Both the position numbers and the translations under genes were made by a program. Under the pieces are notes generated by a model. That model made no database searches, was not told where the DNA came from, and saw only the letters and a program-made list of their open reading frames with translations. From contig DEKW01000006.1 of NCBI GenBank assembly GCA_002354055.1, positions 1,864 to 65,863 of the forward strand: 64,000 bases of DNA, in the 5' to 3' direction. Every line of letters starts with the position of its first letter. Positions within the stretch are counted from its first letter, which is position 1. This DNA comes from Bacteroidales bacterium UBA2712 (lineage in GTDB: Bacteria > Bacteroidota > Bacteroidia > Bacteroidales > Paludibacteraceae). Shown in pieces: positions 27,210-34,129 of the stretch.

Positions 27210-29228
27210 ATGTTCCAGTTAGAATCTCCATATAAACCGACGGGCGATCAGCCGCAAGCGATTGAGGCCTTAGTCGAAGGAATCAAAGCCGGCGCTCCTG
27301 CGCAGGTGCTTTTGGGTGTGACCGGTTCGGGAAAGACCTTTACGGTCGCGAATGTTATTAAGGAACTGAACCGGCCGACGCTTATCATGAGCCATAACAA
27401 GACCCTCGCGGCGCAGTTGTACTCGGAGATGAAGGCGTTCTTTCCACATAATGCGGTGGAGTATTTCGTGAGTTACTATGACTACTACCAGCCCGAGGCG
27501 TATATCCCTTCGACCGACCTCTATATCGAGAAGGACCTCTCGATCAACGAGGAGATCGACCGACTGCGGCTCTCTGCCGTAGCGGCATTGCTGAGCGGAC
27601 GAAAAGATGTCATCATCGTCTCTTCGGTCAGTTGTATCTATGGTTTGGGCAGTCCGCAGGATTTCACGGCGAACGTGGTGTCGCTACGTCGCGGGGAGAA
27701 GATCCAGATGGACACCTTATTAAAATCGCTCGTGGGCGCGCAATACACGCGTAACGATATAGAACTCGCGCGCGGGCGGTTCCGCGTCAAGGGAGATACC
27801 ATCGATATTGCCCTTGCGTACGCGGATTACCTCGTGCGGGTGGAGTTTTTCGGCAATGAGATAGATGCCATTCTTACGGTCGATCCGATTTCCGGACAGG
27901 TGTTGGAGGAGTTTGATTCCTATAATCTCTCGCCGGCAACAATCTTCTTGACTTCCGCAGATCGTATAGCTGCAGCGAAAGAACAGATCAAAGCGGACTT
28001 GGCGAAACAGATCGAGTATTTCATCTCCATCGGCGAAGAGTTATACGCAAAGCGTATAGAAGAGCGCGTGAAGTACGATCTGGAGATGCTGGACGAACTC
28101 GGTTATTGTTCCGGAGTGGAGAACTACAGCCGTTATTTTGACGGCCGTGAAGAAGGCACACCGCCGTACTGTCTGCTCGATTATTTTCCGAAAGATATGC
28201 TGCTCGTCATCGACGAGAGCCACGTGACCGTGCCGCAAATCCGGGGCATGTACGGAGGTGATAAAGCGCGTAAGGAAAACCTCGTCAACTACGGATTTAG
28301 GCTTCCTGCGGCGCGCGACAACCGGCCGCTGAAATTCGATGAGTTCGAGGCGAAAGTGGGGCAGACCATTTTTGTTTCTGCGACGCCGGATGAGTACGAA
28401 CTGAATAAGAGCGAAGGCATCGTCATCGACCAGTTGATCCGACCGACAGGTCTGCTGGATCCGGAGATTGAAGTGAGACCGACGGAGAACCAGGTGGACG
28501 ACCTGATGGACGAGATCCGGTTCCGTATTCATCGCAACGAACGTATCCTCGTCACGACGCTGACCAAAAGGATGGCGGAGGAGTTGGATGAGTATCTCCG
28601 TCGCTATGGAGTCAAGTCCGCCTATATCCATTCGGATATAGATACTATCGAGCGCGTGAAGATTATGGAGGATTTGCGCAAAGGCGAGTACGATGTTCTG
28701 GTGGGTGTGAACCTGCTGCGTGAGGGACTCGATCTGCCGGAGGTGTCGCTCGTGGCGATTCTCGATGCGGATAAGTCCGGATTCCTGCGTGACCAGCGAA
28801 GTCTGACACAGACGGTAGGTCGTGCTGCGCGGCATGTGAACGGCAAGGCGATTCTCTACGGCGATAAGATCACGCCGGCGATGCAGGCAACCATTGATGA
28901 GACCAACCGCCGCCGAACCATCCAGATGCGGTATAACGCCGAGCATGGCATCACGCCGACGGCGATAAAGAAAGAGATCAACACCTCCGCGCTCGCGTCG
29001 CTCTACAAGGACCCGGAGGCGGAGAAACGGAAGGTAGAAGAAGCGATTCGCGAGAGCTGGAAAACCGCCGAGTGGCAGAAGATGAATGTGCAGACTCTGC
29101 AGAAAGCGATAGATAACAAACGCAAACAGATGCTCGCAGCGGCGAAAGCTACTGATTTTGAGATGGCTGCACGGCTTCGGGACGAGATGTTGGAGATGCA
29201 GAACAAGCTCCAGACGCTGCAAGATTAA
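27210..29228 (+). CDS. uvrB: Excinuclease ABC subunit B
   Basis: MFQLESPYKPTGDQPQAI is the canonical UvrB N-terminus. Helicase motifs (GVTGSGKT, DESH) and a C-terminal UVR domain are present. The longer ORF start at 27138 is rejected. Confidence 0.95.
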   Translation: MFQLESPYKPTGDQPQAIEALVEGIKAGAPAQVLLGVTGSGKTFTVANVIKELNRPTLIMSHNKTLAAQLYSEMKAFFPHNAVEYFVSYYDYYQPEAYIPSTDLYIEKDLSINEEIDRLRLSAVAALLSGRKDVIIVSSVSCIYGLGSPQDFTANVVSLRRGEKIQMDTLLKSLVGAQYTRNDIELARGRFRVKGDTIDIALAYADYLVRVEFFGNEIDAILTVDPISGQVLEEFDSYNLSPATIFLTSADRIAAAKEQIKADLAKQIEYFISIGEELYAKRIEERVKYDLEMLDELGYCSGVENYSRYFDGREEGTPPYCLLDYFPKDMLLVIDESHVTVPQIRGMYGGDKARKENLVNYGFRLPAARDNRPLKFDEFEAKVGQTIFVSATPDEYELNKSEGIVIDQLIRPTGLLDPEIEVRPTENQVDDLMDEIRFRIHRNERILVTTLTKRMAEELDEYLRRYGVKSAYIHSDIDTIERVKIMEDLRKGEYDVLVGVNLLREGLDLPEVSLVAILDADKSGFLRDQRSLTQTVGRAARHVNGKAILYGDKITPAMQATIDETNRRRTIQMRYNAEHGITPTAIKKEINTSALASLYKDPEAEKRKVEEAIRESWKTAEWQKMNVQTLQKAIDNKRKQMLAAAKATDFEMAARLRDEMLEMQNKLQTLQD

Positions 29229-29310
29229 CACAGTTAAAAGTACCAAAAATCGCTAATTTGTTAAATAAATTAGACAAATCGTAAATTTTTCAAAAAAAAG
29301 CTCTCTAACT

Positions 29311-29342
29311 ATTGCGCAATTCAAAAAAAAGTTGTAACTTTG
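29311..29342 (+). promoter_or_regulatory. Orphan Bacteroidota-type promoter (ATTG, 20 nt spacer, TAACTTTG), a near-duplicate of the rplS promoter cassette
   Basis: CAATTCAAAAAAAAGTTGTAACTTTGCAACGCTTTTTTG differs at about 5 of 40 positions from 26603-26642. There is no annotated plus-strand gene for more than 2.3 kb downstream. Confidence 0.6.
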
Positions 29343-29744
29343 CAACGCTTTTTTGAAAACAGAAGTACCAACGGTTAAGACACTACTTTTGCGCATGACG
29401 AAAGCTACTACATATCACTTATTTATATCCCGCAATGCTGAGTACAGCAGTGCAGAATGGGTGGCTGCGTAAAGAAGAGGTAATACCAAAATGGGTTTTG
29501 CCTTTTTTCTTTTTATGTATAAGCGGAAAAAATAGACATTTTAACGCGACCATCACGGGACCATCTCCCGAGAAGAAGCAAAATAGAACATAACCAACTC
29601 CCGAGATAAAGGAAAAAATAGTTCGGCTGTGGAACTGAAAAACATAGCAAAAAGATCTTTGACATAGTGAAACAAAAGAAATAGAGACACACTAATGCGC
29701 GTCTCTATGGAAGAATGATGTAAAACATGAGGTCGTATTCCGTG

Positions 29745-30938
29745 CTATACTTTTAGCATCCAATCAAGGACATACGTTTGGTGAATGCCGTCATGATCAA
29801 CGTCCGGTTGGTTGTCAAGCGTTAACAAGTATTTCGGATAATGATCTTTGATTGCTCGTAAGGAAGACAACTCTCGCTCTAATGTATCCGGTTCGATGAC
29901 ACTTTCTGCAACTTGATAGTATTCGACAGAACCATTACGTTGTGCGACAAAGTCCACCTCGGCGCCGTTTACGTATCCTACGAATACTTGGTACCCACGA
30001 CGACGTAACTCAAGGTAAACGACATTTTCCAAGACTCGGCCTCTATCTGCCACACGTCTTCCCAATAGTGTTTGGCGCAGTCCGACGTCGGCAAGATAAT
30101 ATTTCTGACCTATACGCAGTAATTCATTCCCTTTAACATCGAAGCGTCTAACCGGATAGAACAGAAAAGCATCACAGATATATTGCAAATACGTGTCGAT
30201 TGTATGTGAATTGGTTTTCATACCTGCAGAAGTGAGGGTATCCGCAATCCGTTTACTGCTATTCAGATTGCCGATGTTGTCGGCTAAGAAACGAGCAAGA
30301 CGCATAAGCGTATTGATGTTATCAATCTTATTATGCATCACCACATCGCGCATAACAATGGTGTTGAAGATGTCCTGCAAATAAACTTGCAGTTGGAACG
30401 AGTCCGATATCTGCAGCGCGTAGGGAAAAGACGATGTATCCGTATAACGTTTGAACACATCTAACGAATAGCCCTCATGGACGGATGCAAATTCCGAGAA
30501 AGAGAGCGGGAAGATGTGAATGGTGATATAGCGTCCTGATAGCAAAGTGGCCAATTCGCCGGAAAGCATGTGAGAATTACTTCCTGTGATGTAAATGTCC
30601 ACATTGGGTTGCAGGTATATACTATTTACAACGCGTTCAAAGCCATCAACGAGTTGCACTTCATCCAAGAAGATGTAATTTTGCTTATCCGCACAGAGGT
30701 GTTCTTTGAGGTAGGCATATAAAGATTTGGCATCAAGCAGATAATCATTATCCATTTCTTCGAATCGGATACTGATAATTTGCTCTTTGGATATGCCGGA
30801 AGCAAGCAACTCTTTTTGGAATTGCATTAGGAGTGTACTTTTTCCGGAACGGCGAATGCCGGTAATCACTTTGATGATTTGCTTATCCTTCCAACTCGCG
30901 AGTTGTTGCAGATAACTTTCACGTTTGATTTCGTTCAT
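29745..30938 (-). CDS. AAA+ ATPase with DUF4143-type C-terminal domain (ATP-binding protein of unknown function)
   Basis: MNEIKRESYLQQL...GIRRSGKST (Walker A)...IFLDEVQ (Walker B), with C-terminal ...AEVDFVAQ...YYQVAES. This architecture recurs in Bacteroidales. I chose the ATG at 30938 because TATCTTTG at 30966-30973 lies inside the longer ORF. Confidence 0.75.
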   Translation of the reverse strand: MNEIKRESYLQQLASWKDKQIIKVITGIRRSGKSTLLMQFQKELLASGISKEQIISIRFEEMDNDYLLDAKSLYAYLKEHLCADKQNYIFLDEVQLVDGFERVVNSIYLQPNVDIYITGSNSHMLSGELATLLSGRYITIHIFPLSFSEFASVHEGYSLDVFKRYTDTSSFPYALQISDSFQLQVYLQDIFNTIVMRDVVMHNKIDNINTLMRLARFLADNIGNLNSSKRIADTLTSAGMKTNSHTIDTYLQYICDAFLFYPVRRFDVKGNELLRIGQKYYLADVGLRQTLLGRRVADRGRVLENVVYLELRRRGYQVFVGYVNGAEVDFVAQRNGSVEYYQVAESVIEPDTLERELSSLRAIKDHYPKYLLTLDNQPDVDHDGIHQTYVLDWMLKV

Positions 30939-30965
30939 ATAGTCATGTGATTTTAAAATCGGCGG

Positions 30966-30973
30966 CAAAGATA
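30966..30973 (-). promoter_or_regulatory. -7 box TATCTTTG upstream of the AAA+ ATPase gene
   Basis: Read from the reverse complement. I saw no clean TTTG -33 element at the expected spacing. Confidence 0.45.
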
Positions 30974-31184
30974 CAAAATTATTTTGAATTGATGAAATAT
31001 ATTTCAAACTTTTTGTAAAAAACATGATTTTTTGAAGCAGATTTCAAAGTTTTTTACAGAATTGATGCATAAATTAATTGTTTCACTATGTATATGAAAG
31101 ATAAAAACTGAAAATGAAAAGGACTAAGTGAGAAGAGTCATATATAAAAACAATAATAGTTGTGCCCGACAGGGATGAGGGTGC

Positions 31185-31316
31185 AAAAAGACACAAGGTA
31201 GATAAAAAAGATACAAGCTTGTATAAAAAAATAGACAAGGAAGCATAAAATAGACAAGCAAAATTTATACAAGCCACCCCAAAAGGAACAAGTAAAGCAA
31301 AAAAGGAACAAGCTGG
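31185..31316. repeat. Iteron-like array: seven A-tract plus (A/G)NACAAG words at about 15-23 nt spacing
   Basis: AAAAAGACACAAGG / AAAAAAGATACAAGC / AAAAAAATAGACAAGG / AAAATAGACAAGC / TTTATACAAGC / AAAAGGAACAAGT / AAAAAAGGAACAAGC, read directly. Confidence 0.75.
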
Positions 31317-31469
31317 ATAAAAGAACATTAATAATGTCGCTATGTCGCTATTGAAAAGAAGAAAAAAGATGGAACTTTGAAACTTTGATGAGACTTTGTA
31401 AGAGCTTGTAAATGAGAGAGATATGTGCGAAAGTCTCAAAGTTTCAACAGTCTCACGCACAAAAAAAGA

Positions 31470-31498
31470 AAAGCGACAAAGCGACAAAGCGACACGAC
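31470..31498. repeat. Tandem octamer AAAGCGAC x3 (plus partial copy)
   Basis: Read directly; non-coding. Confidence 0.9.
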
Positions 31499-31509
31499 AT
31501 ATTTCGCAA

Positions 31510-31536
31510 AAAGTGCAGAAAGTGCAAAAAGTGCAA
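31510..31536. repeat. Tandem nonamer AAAGTGCA(G/A) x3
   Basis: Read directly; non-coding. Confidence 0.9.
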
Positions 31537-31685
31537 AGCCAATATTTGCGTTGAATGGGGTAGGTGACGGTAGTCTGTGGGTAGCTGAATATCTAACGAA
31601 TAACGAACGAATATCTAACTAATAACTAACGATTGGAAGGTAAGAATCTCGAAGTTGAGTTGGAAACAGACACAAGCTTAGTCCG

Positions 31686-31716
31686 AAAAGGAACAGGCTG
31701 AAAAAAGGAACAGGCT
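31686..31716 (+). repeat. Paired direct repeat AAAAGGAACAGGCT x2 immediately upstream of the wHTH gene start
   Basis: GAAAAGGAACAGGCTGAAAAAAGGAACAGGCTTG, read directly. The same pair recurs at 31976-32010. Confidence 0.85.
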
Positions 31717-31721
31717 TGAAT

Positions 31722-32051
31722 ATGAATACAAAAGTTAAAATAGAGGAGAGAGTGCAGAAATTGGTGGTGGTAATTGGGAGAGAGGCACATTCGAGACGTG
31801 AATTGATGGCTGTGTTGGGCTTACGACAAGAGTCTCGCAGGAACTTTTATGACAATTATATGAAGCCGGCGACAGCAAGAGGTTTGGTGACGATGCAATG
31901 TCCCGAACATCCAAGTATTCCGGAACAGGCTTACAGATTAACAGCGAAAGGTTTGGAGTATTTGGAAGAACTTTCAAAAAAGGAACAGGCTGTCAAAAAA
32001 GGAACAGGCTATGAGAGATTGGGTTATCTCTTGGTCACAAAAATTGAATAA
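31722..32051 (+). CDS. Small winged-helix DNA-binding protein resembling the C-terminal wHTH module of Fic- or AlbA_2-type proteins
   Basis: ...SRRELMAVLGLRQESRRNFYDNYMKPATARGLVTMQCPEHPSIPEQAYRLTAKG resembles the recurrent '...NYL.PAL..GLIEMT.PDKP.S..QKYRLT.KG' tail. I chose the ATG at 31722; the ORF-track start at 31716 is TTG. Confidence 0.55.
   Translation: MNTKVKIEERVQKLVVVIGREAHSRRELMAVLGLRQESRRNFYDNYMKPATARGLVTMQCPEHPSIPEQAYRLTAKGLEYLEELSKKEQAVKKGTGYERLGYLLVTKIE
31976..32010 (+). repeat. Paired direct repeat AAAAAGGAACAGGCT x2 at the 3' end of the wHTH gene
   Basis: AAAAAGGAACAGGCTGTCAAAAAAGGAACAGGCT, read directly. The two copies are read in different codon phases, so the conservation is at DNA level, not protein level. 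Confidence 0.85.
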
Positions 32052-32093
32052 TGAACAACAACAAAGATAAGTGAAATAAAAAACAACAAAGAT

Positions 32094-34082
32094 ATGAAGA
32101 CAAAAATCATGAATTTGTTTAGAACGATTGGGAAGAATTACAAAATGGGAAAGAGTCTCAAGAGTCTCAAGAGTCTCATGCAAATTTTTGCCACTTTTGC
32201 CACTTTTGCCAGTGCAATTTTTGTAGGCAAAGAGTCATGCAAGAGTACGGTGAGGTATGCTCTATGGTCTAGGATTAGTCTTATAAAACCCTTACAAAAC
32301 CCTTACTTAACCCTTACTCGCTTCCGACTTAGTCTCGGTTCGAATCTCTCTCGTTCTCGGTCGGCTTGTGCTCCCCGCACGCCTTCCCTGTTCAAAGACA
32401 AAAGTCAATTGTCTTTTCCATCTCTCGCCAGTCTGATTTGCCTATGTATGCTGACTGTCGGAGTTGGGAATGCGTGGGCAGATTACACCATTATTTTCAA
32501 AGATGGGTCTGGAACCGACCCAATTAATGCGTCTACATTAAGTAATTTTATTAATTCTGGCACATCGTATGTCACAAGTGCATCAAGTTCGTATATGTAT
32601 CCAAGTGCCACAACTGGATATGGAATACGTTTAGCTTCTGGTAGTTATGCTGGCAACTTAACATTAAATCTATCAGCGACAGGACAAATAAAGGCCTCAA
32701 AAATAACTTTCAACGCAGCCTATTATAGTTCTGATGAATCTACAATGCCTTATACAATCACTTATACCGATAATACTACCACAACGGGCACAATCTCAAC
32801 TTTATCTACATCATTAGCAGATAAGGAGGTCTCTTTAACTTCTACAAAAACGATTAAAACTATATACATTGGTACCACGGCTAAGAAGAAACGAGTTTAT
32901 GTACATTCCATTAAAGTTACTGCAGCCGCTGCCACTTCTGTTACTGCAAGTCCGAGCAGTATTGCGTTCCCAGACAATACTGTTGAGGTCGGAACAGATG
33001 AAGCAACGAGTACTATAACGCTTTCTAATGGATACGCATCATACGGGAATTATTTATATGGTTGGTTCGAGGACTTGAGTGATGAAGATCATTGTGAGTT
33101 CTTTGTCAATGATGGCAGTACATATAGTTACAGCACATCTGGTAGTGCAACACCTACTTTAACTTTCTCCTATTTGGCAGATGCGGCAGGAACTTTTACT
33201 GGAAAGTTTATCATACAAGGCTATAATTCCAGTTATACTGCTGTAAACTGTACAATTCCATTAAGTGTAACGTTAACGTCCAGCTGTACCAATAGTGTCA
33301 GTATTGAAACGGGCACTCCGACAAACTGCACGCTTAGCGCGAGTGCAGCGAGTGTGTCAACATGTAGTGGGACAAGGCAAGTGACAATAAGCGTTACACC
33401 GAACTCTTGTTATGCTGCACCGGAGGATGCAAGTATAATAAGTAAAAGCGGTACTACTGCAACATTGGTTAGTGGTCCGACGCTGAATGCCGGTCATTAT
33501 GATTATGTATATAGTTTTGCTGAGAATGCGACAGGGACAGCGACATTCAATGCCAGCCTTTCGACAAAAACGACATATACCGTTCAGTATAATGCAGGAG
33601 CGACCACTTGTACGGGAGGTAACGCTATTACAGGATCACATGACAATGACACAAAGACTTGTGGCACTAACTTGACTTTGCCGGGTGAGACATTCCATAC
33701 AACCGGTTATACGCAGACTGGTTGGACAAAGACACCTTGTGGAAGTCAGACAAACAGTTTAGGAGGTAGTTATAGCTCTAACGCTGCGCAGACATTCTAT
33801 CCGGTATGGACCCCAAACAACTATACGGTGACATGGAAAGTGAACAATGAAAACTATTCGGCAGGAGGTTCGTCGAGTGTTACTCACGGAAATCATATTA
33901 CGACATTACCTTCGGCGCCGAATCCTCCGACATACGGATGTGGAGATGTGTTTGTAGGGTGGACAGATGTGCAGAATTATGTGCATGGCACATCACCATT
34001 GTACACCACAGCTGCTGAATTCCCGAATGCGACGGGTGATCAAGTGTTTTATGCCGTATATGCGGATTATACAACGGATTAA
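32094..34082 (+). CDS. Secreted surface protein with Listeria-Bacteroides (InlB B-type / Flg_new) repeats; paralogue of the N-terminal part of the giant protein; 5' end uncertain
   Basis: A signal-peptide-like ...LICLCMLTVGVGNAWA appears about 120 codons into the ORF and matches the giant protein's LTVLGVGNAWG. The C-terminal modules YTVQYNAG...GYTQTGWT...FYPVW and YTVTWKVN...FVGWTD...FYAVY fit the Flg_new pattern. The first ~120 codons consist of short tandem DNA repeats. Confidence 0.6.
   Translation: MKTKIMNLFRTIGKNYKMGKSLKSLKSLMQIFATFATFASAIFVGKESCKSTVRYALWSRISLIKPLQNPYLTLTRFRLSLGSNLSRSRSACAPRTPSLFKDKSQLSFPSLASLICLCMLTVGVGNAWADYTIIFKDGSGTDPINASTLSNFINSGTSYVTSASSSYMYPSATTGYGIRLASGSYAGNLTLNLSATGQIKASKITFNAAYYSSDESTMPYTITYTDNTTTTGTISTLSTSLADKEVSLTSTKTIKTIYIGTTAKKKRVYVHSIKVTAAAATSVTASPSSIAFPDNTVEVGTDEATSTITLSNGYASYGNYLYGWFEDLSDEDHCEFFVNDGSTYSYSTSGSATPTLTFSYLADAAGTFTGKFIIQGYNSSYTAVNCTIPLSVTLTSSCTNSVSIETGTPTNCTLSASAASVSTCSGTRQVTISVTPNSCYAAPEDASIISKSGTTATLVSGPTLNAGHYDYVYSFAENATGTATFNASLSTKTTYTVQYNAGATTCTGGNAITGSHDNDTKTCGTNLTLPGETFHTTGYTQTGWTKTPCGSQTNSLGGSYSSNAAQTFYPVWTPNNYTVTWKVNNENYSAGGSSSVTHGNHITTLPSAPNPPTYGCGDVFVGWTDVQNYVHGTSPLYTTAAEFPNATGDQVFYAVYADYTTD
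32153..32179. repeat. Tandem nonamer GAGTCTCAA x3 (last copy GAGTCTCAT)
   Basis: Read directly. It translates as SLKSLKSL in the 32094 ORF. Confidence 0.9.
32184..32210. repeat. Tandem nonamer A(C/T)TTTTGCC x3
   Basis: Read directly. It translates as FATFATFA. Confidence 0.9.
32285..32317. repeat. Tandem 11-mer (NNAACCCTTAC) x3
   Basis: AAAACCCTTAC AAAACCCTTAC TTAACCCTTAC, read directly. Confidence 0.85.
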
Positions 34083-34129
34083 AGATATTCAATAATGTTT
34101 AAAGTTTAATGTTTAAAGAATTAGAGATT

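Noticed and set aside
28041-29246. 401-aa ORF antisense to uvrB
   Set aside because: Same reasoning as above. It is the mirror frame of a canonical UvrB gene, Arg/His/Leu-rich, and has no motifs.
31086-31487. 133-aa minus-strand ORF across the repeat-rich A-tract region
   Set aside because: The translation is a Phe/Leu/Ser low-complexity product of reading A-rich repeats in reverse. It has no start context or promoter, and it overlaps the iteron-like and octamer arrays.
31590-31636. AACGAACGAAT and the duplicated GAATATCTAAC as a possible Bacteroides-type invertible-promoter inverted repeat
   Set aside because: I found no matching inverted copy within a few hundred nt on either side, and no clear TAnnTTTG promoter between candidate sites.
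31334-32317. Possible CRISPR array, given the many short direct repeats
   Set aside because: The repeat units are 7-11 nt and directly tandem, with no spacers. Each word is different, and there are no cas genes in the window.
32325-32352. GGTTCGAATC, a tRNA T-loop-like string that might mark a tRNA or an att remnant
   Set aside because: The flanking bases cannot form a T-stem (TCTCGG versus CTCTCT), and no acceptor or anticodon arms are present. The stretch is a TCNNNN hexamer-phased low-complexity repeat.
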